Origin: Elusimicrobiales bacterium
GTDB lineage: Bacteria > Elusimicrobiota > Elusimicrobia > Elusimicrobiales > UBA9959
Direction: 5' to 3'
Length of the DNA stretch: 64,000 bases
Assembly: GCA_038204165.1 (NCBI GenBank)
Contig: JBBRDG010000002.1
Coordinates: forward strand, 25,832-89,831
Position numbers and translations under genes: made by a program. The notes under the pieces were generated by a model. The model was not told where the DNA came from and searched no databases. It saw only the letters and a list, made by a program, of their open reading frames with translations. This document shows, piece after piece, positions 7,711-16,123 of this stretch. How positions within the stretch are numbered: position 1 is the first letter of the stretch; each line of letters starts with the position of its first letter.

Positions 7711-8784
7711 ATGAAAAAGATCCGGGACGCCATACTTCTTCTGTGCTTATGCGCGCCGCAATTGCGGGCGGGCCCGGGCACCACCGCGCTCCCGTTCCTG
7801 AAGCTCGACCAGGGGGCGCGGCCTGCCGCCATGGGCGGGGCCTATACCGCCGCCGGCGACGACGCCTGGACTGTTTTTTACAACCCCGCCGGCGCCGCGC
7901 TGGTGCAAAGGCCGGAAATAGCCCTGGGCCATAACGAGTGGCTGGAAGGCATGCGCAACGAAAGCGCGGTTTACACCGGCCCCAGCGGCCCGGACACCAC
8001 TATCTTCGCCGGCCTGAACGCGCTGTTCAGCGGCGCCATGGACAGGTTCGACGTCAGCGGTACGCAGACAGGTTCTTTCTCTTCGCAGGAAGGCGCGCTG
8101 AGCTTGGGCGCGGCCACGGCTTTTGGCGGCGGTTACTATGGCGGAGCGGCGGTAAAGGGCCTTTACCAGCGCGCCACCGTGGGCAGCGCCTACGCCGTGG
8201 CCGGCGACGCCGGCCTGCTGAAAGTGGACGGGCACTGGCGCTTCGGCCTTTCAGCCGCTAATTTCGGCACCAGGCTGAAACTTGGCTCCACCGCCTTCCC
8301 GCTGCCGCTCATGCTCCGGGCCGGCATAGCCTGGACATACCTGGACATGATCACTATAGAAGCTGACGGGGTTAAAGCCGGGGAGAGCGCCGCCGCGCCA
8401 GCCGTGGGCGCGGAGGGGGAGATCCCCACCGGCCCCGACGGCGCTTTTTACGTGCGGGCCGGTTACACCGGCGGCCGCAGCCGCTTCGCCGGGTCCGGAG
8501 TTACCGCCGGCCTGGGGCTCCGGAACGGCGATCTGCGCGTGGACTACGCTTTCGCGCCCTACGGCGAACTTGGCGACGCGCACCGCATTACTATAGCAGT
8601 GCGTTTCGGGGGAGAACGGAAGAAGGCGGAGAAGCGGCGCTATGCCGCCCCGCAGCGCAAGGTTGTTAAGGCCGCGGCCGTGGCAGAAAAGGCAGCGCCG
8701 GAAAAAGCCAAAGCCGCGCCGGCAAAGAAAAAAGCCACCGCGCCCGGAGGCAGCGGCGGCAAAGATGTGTATTTTATGTGGTAA
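7711..8784 (+). CDS. PorV/PorQ-like (UPF0164-type) outer-membrane beta-barrel protein with a Lys/Ala/Pro-rich C-terminal tail
   Basis: ATG 7711 lies 1 nt after the protease stop. Signal peptide MKKIRDAILLLCLCAPQLRA. N-terminal signature LPFLKLDQGARPAAMGGAYTAAGDDAWTVFYNPAG. The body is Gly/Ala/aromatic-rich with alternating beta-strand character. The tail from nt 8608 reads GGERKKAEKRRYAAPQRKVVKAAAVAEKAAPEKAKAAPAKKKATAPGG and ends in YFMW. Confidence 0.7.
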   Translation: MKKIRDAILLLCLCAPQLRAGPGTTALPFLKLDQGARPAAMGGAYTAAGDDAWTVFYNPAGAALVQRPEIALGHNEWLEGMRNESAVYTGPSGPDTTIFAGLNALFSGAMDRFDVSGTQTGSFSSQEGALSLGAATAFGGGYYGGAAVKGLYQRATVGSAYAVAGDAGLLKVDGHWRFGLSAANFGTRLKLGSTAFPLPLMLRAGIAWTYLDMITIEADGVKAGESAAAPAVGAEGEIPTGPDGAFYVRAGYTGGRSRFAGSGVTAGLGLRNGDLRVDYAFAPYGELGDAHRITIAVRFGGERKKAEKRRYAAPQRKVVKAAAVAEKAAPEKAKAAPAKKKATAPGGSGGKDVYFMW

Positions 8785-8793
8785 CTGCCTGCG

Positions 8794-9810
8794 TCAGTTG
8801 CCGCACAGAAAATGCCAGTAGGGAAGGTCTTTCGAGATGGTGACTTCCCTGAAAGTATCCTTTAACTCCGCTATTTCTTTCCTGCTGTAGCGGTGCTCTA
8901 TCCTCGTAAAGAACCTGTCATAAACGTCCTGCCGGATGCGCTGGACGGTTTTGTCATGATAGAAATCGTAGAGCGGGACGTAACGGCCCAGGTTGAAAAG
9001 CTGCAGGAACCTGCCGACTCCGATGAGGGGCAGGTAGACCAGCCATGTCAGTAGTCCCGTCAGCACCGAGCGGGCGGTTTCGTTAGTTATCGCGGAGAGC
9101 ACGCTCCTTACGAGCGTTACCGCGGCCAGGATCGTCCGCCAGGCGTAAGGGCGGTTGTCCAGGCTGTAGTAGAGGAAGATCAGCAGCTTTTTAGAATATT
9201 TGGAGAGGGCCCGCACTTCGTCTAGCGCGTTGGTAGGCAGGTGGTGCAGCACGCCGAGAGAGAAGACCAGGTCAGCGAAGTTCTCCCTGAAGGGCAGCTC
9301 TTTAATATCGCCCATAAAGAACAGGGCGTTCTTCGCGCCGGCCAGGTTCTTCCTGGCTACGAAGATGGCTTCCGAGAAATCCAGCAGCACCAGTTCCCTG
9401 GCTTTGTCCTTCAGGAAATAGCTCCAGCGCCCTATGCCGCAGCCCAGGTCGCAGACCCGGGAGGCAGCCAGCGCGCCGGTATCCACCAGATCGAAATATA
9501 ATTTAAACTCGGCTTCGTGCCCGGGCAGGATCTCCGGGTATTTCAGCCATTCCTGGCCGAAGGTGAACTGGATGTCCCCGGCAAAGGCTCCGCCGGCGGC
9601 GGGCGCGTCCGAACCAGGGGCGGTCACCCTGCTCTTCAGTCCGTCGGGCCAGCGCTCCTTCTGGAGGAGGATTATTACGTCGTCCACTACGGGGTAGGTT
9701 CTGCCGTCCACCACCAGGCTGTCGGGTTTTACCTGCACCTCGGCGGCGCCGAAGAGGTCGCGGAGCGAAGCGGTTTTGTCCAGATAATAAGGTTTTTTTT
9801 CTTCAGGCAT
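8794..9810 (-). CDS. class I SAM-dependent methyltransferase with C-terminal membrane-like segment
   Basis: SAM-binding motif I VCDLGCGIGRWS and a downstream LLDFSE acidic loop. The start is uncertain (ATG at 9810 or upstream at 9840). With the 9810 start it overlaps the upstream glycosyltransferase stop by 8 nt. Confidence 0.75.
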   Translation of the reverse strand: MPEEKKPYYLDKTASLRDLFGAAEVQVKPDSLVVDGRTYPVVDDVIILLQKERWPDGLKSRVTAPGSDAPAAGGAFAGDIQFTFGQEWLKYPEILPGHEAEFKLYFDLVDTGALAASRVCDLGCGIGRWSYFLKDKARELVLLDFSEAIFVARKNLAGAKNALFFMGDIKELPFRENFADLVFSLGVLHHLPTNALDEVRALSKYSKKLLIFLYYSLDNRPYAWRTILAAVTLVRSVLSAITNETARSVLTGLLTWLVYLPLIGVGRFLQLFNLGRYVPLYDFYHDKTVQRIRQDVYDRFFTRIEHRYSRKEIAELKDTFREVTISKDLPYWHFLCGN

Positions 9811-10951
9811 TTTTAGCCAGCCTTTCGTAAAGGTCTTCAATTCCGGAGACCATTCTTTTGATCGAGAAAATTTCCGCAGCTTTCTTTCTGCCGGCCTCGC
9901 CCATGGTCTTCATTCCGGCGGGATCTTTAAGAACGTAAGCGAGGGCGGCGGCCAGCGCGGCGTGGTCCTCTTTGGGCGCGAGCTTGCCGGTAACGGAGTC
10001 CGTGACCGCCTCGGCGTTGCCGCCCACGTCGCAAGCCACTACCGGCAGCCCGGCCGACATGGCCTCAAGAATAGAATTGGAAAAGCCTTCCTGCCTGGAA
10101 GGGTGCACAAAGAGGTCGGCGGCGCGCAGGTAATCCGCCGGGTTGTCCTTTACGCCGGTGAACCTGAAGCTGTCAGCCACGCCGAGCTCGGCGGCCAATT
10201 TTTTTGAGGCTTCCATGCTGCCGGCGTCGCGCCCTATCAGCAGGTAGATTACTCCGGGAAAGTCTTTCTTCAGCAGGGCCGCGGCTCTTATAAGTTCTTG
10301 GTGGCCTTTGTAGGCGAAAAAGTTGGAGACGCAGACCGCCAGTGCGGCTTCTTCCGGCAGGCCTTCCTTAGCCCTGAAAGCTTTAACCTGCGCGGCGTCC
10401 CAGCGGCCGGGCATGTCTACCCCGTTGTAGATCACCTCTATCTTGCCGCCGGCGAAAGACTCGGTCTTCAGGACTTCGTTCTGGACGGCGGTCGAGTTGG
10501 CCAGGACTACGTCGGAAAGCAGGTTACCCACGGATTCCAGACGGCTGAGGAAAGGGTGGCCCTTCTTGTAGTTGGCCAGCGACCGCTTGCTTACGAGCAC
10601 GCGCGGGACCTTGGCCAGCCGGGCGGTGATGGGGCCCAGCGCGTTGGCCGCCGGCAGGTAGGCGTGCACGAACTGGGGCGCCTGCTCTTTGAGCAGGGCG
10701 ATCATATCGCTGATGGTGCGCAGGTGCACCAGCGGGTTCTTCGGGGGCGTTTTTCTGGCGTGGAGGTTGTCCCCGCCGAACACGAAGACCGGCAGCAGGG
10801 CCGCGAAGGAATTATACAGCGCGCCGCCGCCGGCCGTGGTGATGAGGATGGGGGAGAACCGTTCCCTGTCCAGGTTCCTGACGAGCGATAGCAGATGCTT
10901 TTCCGTGCCTCCGACTTCTATGTTCGGAATTACGTAAGCAATCTTTATCAT
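9803..10951 (-). CDS. glycosyltransferase family 4 (GT-B fold)
   Basis: N-terminal VGGTEKH motif and C-terminal EGFSNSILEAMSAGLPVVACDVGG (E-x7-E type) motif. 382 aa. Confidence 0.85.
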   Translation of the reverse strand: MIKIAYVIPNIEVGGTEKHLLSLVRNLDRERFSPILITTAGGGALYNSFAALLPVFVFGGDNLHARKTPPKNPLVHLRTISDMIALLKEQAPQFVHAYLPAANALGPITARLAKVPRVLVSKRSLANYKKGHPFLSRLESVGNLLSDVVLANSTAVQNEVLKTESFAGGKIEVIYNGVDMPGRWDAAQVKAFRAKEGLPEEAALAVCVSNFFAYKGHQELIRAAALLKKDFPGVIYLLIGRDAGSMEASKKLAAELGVADSFRFTGVKDNPADYLRAADLFVHPSRQEGFSNSILEAMSAGLPVVACDVGGNAEAVTDSVTGKLAPKEDHAALAAALAYVLKDPAGMKTMGEAGRKKAAEIFSIKRMVSGIEDLYERLAKNA

Positions 10952-10964
10952 TGTCTGTCGCCCG

Positions 10965-12203
10965 TTACAACAGGCAGCCGGCTATGGCCGCGCTCAGGAA
11001 GCAGGCCAGGCTGCCGCCGAGCACCGCCATCATGCCGAGGCGCGCTATGTCGTGGCGCCGGCTGGGGGCAAGGGCGCCCAGGCCTCCTATCTGGATGGCT
11101 ATCGAAAGGAAGTTGGAGAAGCCGGCCAGCGCGTGCGTGGCTATGATCAGCGAGCGCTGGCTGATAACCCCGGGGTTGTCCCTTAGGAAGTTGGACATAT
11201 TCATGTAGGCCACGAATTCGTTCAGCACGGTCTTCTGGCCTATCCAGTTGCCCACCTGCGAGGCTTCGCTCATGGGCACGCCCATGATCCAGGCCAGCGG
11301 GGTAAAGACCCAGCCGAAGATCTTTTCGAGCGAGAGCTGCGGGTAGCTGGCCAGCCCGCCGAGGTGGCTTACTATGAAGTTGAGCATCGCGAGCAGCGCC
11401 ATGAACGCCAGCAGGCAGCCGCCCACGTTAAGGGCCATCTGCAGGCCGGTGGTGGCGCCATTGGCCGCCGCGTCGATCACGTTCTTGTCGGGGAGCTCCA
11501 GTTTCATCTCCAGCTTGCCGCTGGTGCGCGGTTCGTTGGTTTCGGGGATCAGCAGCTTGGCGATCACCAGCGAACCGGTGGCCGACATAATGCAGGCGGC
11601 CAATATATGCCCGCCGATGCCGGGGATGTAGGGCATCAGCATGCCGGCGTAGGTGGCCATGACGCCGCCGGCCATGGTGCCCATGCCCGCCACCATCACC
11701 ACAAAGAGTTCGGACTCGGTCAGGCTTTCCATGTAGGGGCGGATGGCGAGGGGGGCTTCGGTCTGCCCGACGAAGATGTTGGCGCTGGCTACCAGCGATT
11801 CCGCGCCGGAGGTTTTCATGACGCGCTTCATAATGTGCGCGAAGAACATTACGATCTTCTGCATGATGCCCAGGTAGTAAAGCACCGACATCAGCGAGGA
11901 GAAGAAGATGATGGTGGGCAGTACCTGGAAAGCGAAGACGAAGCCGATGGACTGGTTGTCGATCAGCCCGCCGAAAACGAACTTGGCGCCTTCATTGGTG
12001 AAGGAGAGCAGCTTGACGATAATGTCGTTAAGGAAGAAGAAGAACTTCTGCCCGGCGGGGACTTTCATCACCAGCACGGCGAATACGATCTGCAGCAAGG
12101 TGCCGCCGATCACGGCTTTATAATTAATGGCTTTCTTGTTCCTGCTGAAAAGCCAGGCTATGCCGAGTATGGCGAAGATCCCGAAAAAGCTGACAAGTCT
12201 CAT
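10965..12203 (-). CDS. nupC: NupC/NupG-family concentrative nucleoside transporter
   Basis: 412-aa polytopic membrane protein. Conserved CNT blocks are present (GAKFVFG, ANIFVGQTEAPL, MAGGVMA, LNEFVAY). Confidence 0.85.
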   Translation of the reverse strand: MRLVSFFGIFAILGIAWLFSRNKKAINYKAVIGGTLLQIVFAVLVMKVPAGQKFFFFLNDIIVKLLSFTNEGAKFVFGGLIDNQSIGFVFAFQVLPTIIFFSSLMSVLYYLGIMQKIVMFFAHIMKRVMKTSGAESLVASANIFVGQTEAPLAIRPYMESLTESELFVVMVAGMGTMAGGVMATYAGMLMPYIPGIGGHILAACIMSATGSLVIAKLLIPETNEPRTSGKLEMKLELPDKNVIDAAANGATTGLQMALNVGGCLLAFMALLAMLNFIVSHLGGLASYPQLSLEKIFGWVFTPLAWIMGVPMSEASQVGNWIGQKTVLNEFVAYMNMSNFLRDNPGVISQRSLIIATHALAGFSNFLSIAIQIGGLGALAPSRRHDIARLGMMAVLGGSLACFLSAAIAGCLL

Positions 12204-12259
12204 TGTTCTCTCCTTGAAAACCGGTTAAAGGTAAAGTTTAGTAATTTAGGGGACGGGCC

Positions 12260-12775
12260 TCAATAGACGCCGCGGACTTTGCCCGTAACTTCGCTGGCCG
12301 GGAGCAGCAGCGGCGGCCTGCCGGTGGCGGGGTCTGGCCAGGAGGCCGAGTCATTGGAATTGTCCCGGTTGTCGCCCAGCAGGAAGAGCGAGCCCGGCGG
12401 CACGGTGACCTGGGGCATGGTGTCACCCTTCAGGTTTTCTCCGGCTCGCTCGTAGTAAGCGTAGCTTTCTAACTGCGATTCGCCGTTAAGATAGACCTTC
12501 TTTTCGCGGAGTTCTACGGTGTCTCCTCCCACGGCTATGACCCTCTTCACGGATTCGTGTTCCTCGCCGGTGGGAGAGCGGAAGGAGATTATTTCCCCAC
12601 GGGCGGGGGAACGGAAGCGGAACGTGAGTTTGTCCAGAATAAGGTGGCGGCCTTTGGTTAGCGTGGGGGCCATCGAGTCGCTGGCGATGTAGATGGGCTC
12701 GGCTATCCAGCGGCGGCAGGCCAGCACTGCTGCCACGGTAAGGATTATGATAAGGGTCGTTCTTAATGGTTTCAT
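12260..12775 (-). CDS. lepB: signal peptidase I
   Basis: N-terminal TM anchor, catalytic Ser box SDSMAPTL, Lys box KRVIAVGGD and the GDNRDNSNDS box. Confidence 0.9.
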   Translation of the reverse strand: MKPLRTTLIIILTVAAVLACRRWIAEPIYIASDSMAPTLTKGRHLILDKLTFRFRSPARGEIISFRSPTGEEHESVKRVIAVGGDTVELREKKVYLNGESQLESYAYYERAGENLKGDTMPQVTVPPGSLFLLGDNRDNSNDSASWPDPATGRPPLLLPASEVTGKVRGVY

Positions 12776-12787
12776 TGCGGATTATGC

Positions 12788-14380
12788 CTAGGGCATGGCC
12801 ACTGGCAGCTTGCCCGAGGGCGCGAGCTCGCCGGAGAGCGCCTCGCCGGCGGCGGCCATGGAGGGCGCGGTCATGCCGTAGAGCGCGAGCTGCACGGCGG
12901 CCTGCGGGTAGGCCGGCAGATCATAAGGGTTCATCAGGCTGAGCAGCACCGCGGGTTTGCCGGAGGAGAGCAGGGAATTCAGGGCCTCGCGCTGACTGGC
13001 GTTCTGTGCGCCGGTCCACTGGAAACTGCCCAGCACCAGGATGTCCGCGCCGGCCGCGGCGCGGGCTATGTCCTTCAGCTCGCCGGGCTTAACGCTGATG
13101 TTGAAAAAATAGTGGCTGGCCTGGTAGCCGTTATCGAGCAGGGTTTTGTAAAGGGAGATGGCATTCCCGGCGAAGCGCTGCGGGGCGAAGATGATCACGG
13201 CGATCTTCTTGTCTTTCGGCAGCGGCAGGAGGCCGTTATCTTTTACCAGCGTGAGCCCGCTCCTCGAAAGGCTCTGCGTTATCTCCAGGTAGGCTTTGTC
13301 GAAGGGCGAAGGCGGCTCGGCTGGGGTGAAGAGCCCGGCGGCGCGCTTGGCTTCCAGCACCTTGCTGTAGGCGTTGTCCAGGCGGGCTTCGCTGATGGCG
13401 CCGGAGCGCACCTGAGCGGCGATCTCCCTGACGGCGGCCCGGAAGTCGCCCTTGCCTATAAGCAGTACGTCGGCGCCGGCCTTTAGCGCGGCGGCGGCGG
13501 CTTTCCTTATAGGCATGCGGGAGGTTATGGCCGCCATGTCCAGGCTGTCGGTTATCACCAACCCTTTGAAACCGAGGTCCTGCTTGAGCAGGCCGAAAAG
13601 TATCTCTTTGGAGAGCGTGGCGGGATTTTTTTTGTCCAGCGCCGGGTAAAGGATGTGCGCGGTCATTATGGCCGGCACGCCGAGCGAGATCGCGCGCTTG
13701 AACGGGACCAGGTGGGTGGCCTGCAGTTCCGCGGTGGAGATGGAGATCTCCGGCATGGTCTTATGCGAATCCTGCGAGGCCGCGCCGTGGCCGGGAAAAT
13801 GCTTGGCCACCGCTATCACGCCGGCGGCCTTGAGGCCGTTTATGATGGCCCCGCCCAGGAGGGCGGCCTCGGCCGGGTCCGAGCCGAGGGAGCGGATGCC
13901 GATTATCGGGTTCCTGGGATTGGTGTTGATGTCCAGCACCGGGCCGAAGGCCATGTTGATGCCGGCGCGCTTCATTTCTTTGCCGGCCAGGTAGAACAGC
14001 GTGGCGGTGTTATTCTCGTCGCCGGCGGCCCCCAGCATCATGTTCGTGGGGAGCTCCAGCAGCCCCAGCGTGGTAGGCACGTAGACGCTGCCGCCTTCGT
14101 AGTCTACCGCTATGAACAGCGGGGTTTTTTCTTTTGAGGCCGCGGCCGCGGCCTGCAGGGCGTTGGTGACCTTCCGGGTCTCTTCCAGGGAATAGGAGCC
14201 CCACTGCAGCTGTACGCAGCCCAGCCCGGCTTTGGCCGCCGCGGTGGCCGCGGAGATGTCCGCGGCTTCGGCGGAGACTACCAGCAGCTGGGCCGCCTTC
14301 TCCTCAATGGAGGGGGCGGCCCGGAGCGGCAGGGCCGGCGCAAGCAGGAGAAGCAGAACAGTGAGCCGGCTTATCTTCAT
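12788..14380 (-). CDS. exported glycoside hydrolase family 3 protein (NagZ-like beta-N-acetylhexosaminidase)
   Basis: Signal peptide MKISRLTVLLLLLAPALPLRA. GH3 motifs KHFPGHGA and ITDSLDM. 530 aa with an extra C-terminal domain. Confidence 0.8.
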   Translation of the reverse strand: MKISRLTVLLLLLAPALPLRAAPSIEEKAAQLLVVSAEAADISAATAAAKAGLGCVQLQWGSYSLEETRKVTNALQAAAAASKEKTPLFIAVDYEGGSVYVPTTLGLLELPTNMMLGAAGDENNTATLFYLAGKEMKRAGINMAFGPVLDINTNPRNPIIGIRSLGSDPAEAALLGGAIINGLKAAGVIAVAKHFPGHGAASQDSHKTMPEISISTAELQATHLVPFKRAISLGVPAIMTAHILYPALDKKNPATLSKEILFGLLKQDLGFKGLVITDSLDMAAITSRMPIRKAAAAALKAGADVLLIGKGDFRAAVREIAAQVRSGAISEARLDNAYSKVLEAKRAAGLFTPAEPPSPFDKAYLEITQSLSRSGLTLVKDNGLLPLPKDKKIAVIIFAPQRFAGNAISLYKTLLDNGYQASHYFFNISVKPGELKDIARAAAGADILVLGSFQWTGAQNASQREALNSLLSSGKPAVLLSLMNPYDLPAYPQAAVQLALYGMTAPSMAAAGEALSGELAPSGKLPVAMP

Positions 14381-14392
14381 TTTTTCAGGCTT

Positions 14393-15994
14393 TTACTCCG
14401 AGAATTTATAGCCGCGCATGGCGGCCTGTTTGCGGATGGTGTCGATCATGGCCTTATCCAGCGTGTTGCTGCCGGAAGCTTTCTTCTTTTCTTCCCTGGC
14501 TATGTAGGTCTTTCTCTCGGCCTGCAGGCGGTTAATCTCTTCTTTTATCTTTTTGCGTTCGGCCAGTTTCCCGTCCAGGTATTTATTAAGTTCCTTCTTG
14601 TCCATCTTCCTAAGGTTTTCCGGCAGCTGGTCGGCTTTTATTTCATCGCGCTTGAGGGAGCCGCTTTCTACGGCGGATACCACGTCCCAGGAGGCCTCGG
14701 AGGCCGCCTGCCCGGGGGCGGCGGCCTGGTAGCTGGCGCGTTCGGCGGCGAAAGAGCCGCCCTTGGCGGCCGATACTTTGTTCATTTCTTCTTTGGCGGC
14801 CATCTTGCTCTTGCCGTAGGCTCCGCGGGCCACGTAGGTGTCGTTGAGCCTGCCGCTAAGCTGCGCAATCTGGTCGTCCTGCGGGGCGGATACCGTGTAG
14901 GTCTGCACGCCCTGGTCTATATTGGCGTAGTCGCCTTCGGCCAGGTCGGCCCCGGCCTTCCATTGTTCAGCCAGGCCCTGCTGGCGCGAACCGCAGAAGA
15001 TAGTATTGACGAAGATACTCTTAGCTTTGGCTTCGGTTACCGCTTGCTGGAAAGGGACTGGGCCCTGGGTGAACGGCTCGTTGCCGGCTATGAAGATGGC
15101 CTTATAAACGTCGGTCTTGGGGCTCCATTTGAGCTTCTCTACAGCGTCCTTAATCACCTGCCCGCAGTATTCGTCCCCGCCGTTGGTCTTAAGCGCGAAG
15201 AGTTCGCGGGAGACGCTGTCCATGTCGGCGGTAAAGGGGAGCACCTGGCGGATCCAGCCGCTCTCCCTGGATAGTGAGGAGTTGCCGTATTCATACAGGG
15301 CCACTTCTATGGCCGGCCTGGAGCCGCTCTTCTCGGCGGAAACAAGTTCGTTCACTATCTTCCACACCTGCGCGCGGGCCTGGTTTATAAGACCGTCCAT
15401 GGAATTGGAGGTGTCGAGCAGGATGGCTACCTGCACCAGCGGCTTGGCGCCGAAATCCTGGGGGCGGACGGGGGTGGCCGCGGTTGAATCTTTCCAGGTT
15501 TTATCTATTATGGAGGAGGCCGCGCAGATTATTTTGCCGGTTTCGGCCTGCACGATCCGCGCGTTCACTTCGGTCCGCTCATCTTTAAGATCGTTCAGAG
15601 TGCCGGTAACTACGGCGTCCGCGCCGAGCAGCTTGCCAAGTTTTTTAACGGTTTCTTCGTCCATGGCGCCTGTAGCCTGGAGCTTGAGTTCTTCCATAAC
15701 TTTCTTCATCAGGCCGCGCTCGATCAGCGTTATCTTCTTGTTCTGGGCGAGTAGCGTGGTAAGGCGCTCCTGCACTACTACGGGGCCTTCGGAGGCCTTC
15801 TCGCTGGTATAGCCGAAGGCCAGCACGGCCAGCTTGATACCGGGGGTGTCCTTGATCCCGTCCGAGAGTGTCCCGGCGAGGCCCGAAAGTTCCTGCGCGG
15901 CGGGAGATTCTTTCTTCTGCTGCTGCTGCGGCGCCGCTGCGAACACGCAGGTATGAGGCGTAAGCAGAAGGGCCAGCGTAAAAGTCTTTATCAT
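14393..15994 (-). CDS. exported vWA-domain protein with LpoB/CsgG/FlgO-like N-terminal domain and coiled-coil tail
   Basis: Signal peptide present. N-terminal block LAVLAFGY...ERLTTLL...IERG...ADAVVTGTL. MIDAS-type DxSxS motif in VAILLDTSNSMDG. Lys/Glu-rich C-terminal helix (KLAERKKIKEEINRLQAERK). Confidence 0.7.
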   Translation of the reverse strand: MIKTFTLALLLTPHTCVFAAAPQQQQKKESPAAQELSGLAGTLSDGIKDTPGIKLAVLAFGYTSEKASEGPVVVQERLTTLLAQNKKITLIERGLMKKVMEELKLQATGAMDEETVKKLGKLLGADAVVTGTLNDLKDERTEVNARIVQAETGKIICAASSIIDKTWKDSTAATPVRPQDFGAKPLVQVAILLDTSNSMDGLINQARAQVWKIVNELVSAEKSGSRPAIEVALYEYGNSSLSRESGWIRQVLPFTADMDSVSRELFALKTNGGDEYCGQVIKDAVEKLKWSPKTDVYKAIFIAGNEPFTQGPVPFQQAVTEAKAKSIFVNTIFCGSRQQGLAEQWKAGADLAEGDYANIDQGVQTYTVSAPQDDQIAQLSGRLNDTYVARGAYGKSKMAAKEEMNKVSAAKGGSFAAERASYQAAAPGQAASEASWDVVSAVESGSLKRDEIKADQLPENLRKMDKKELNKYLDGKLAERKKIKEEINRLQAERKTYIAREEKKKASGSNTLDKAMIDTIRKQAAMRGYKFSE

Positions 15995-16123
15995 AAGGGA
16001 ACCCCCGAAAACAGGATAATTACGAAAGTTAGGATACTAAATATTGAGGGCGAGTTAAATAAAGGCGGTTGATAAGTAGTCTTTAAAAAAGGTAATTTAA
16101 TAGCGTGCTATTTAAGGGGTACT

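Noticed and set aside
11364-12266. 300-aa His/Gly/Ala-rich ORF antisense to nupC
   Set aside because: It is a shadow ORF opposite a well-supported transporter gene. It has no motifs and no ribosome-binding site.
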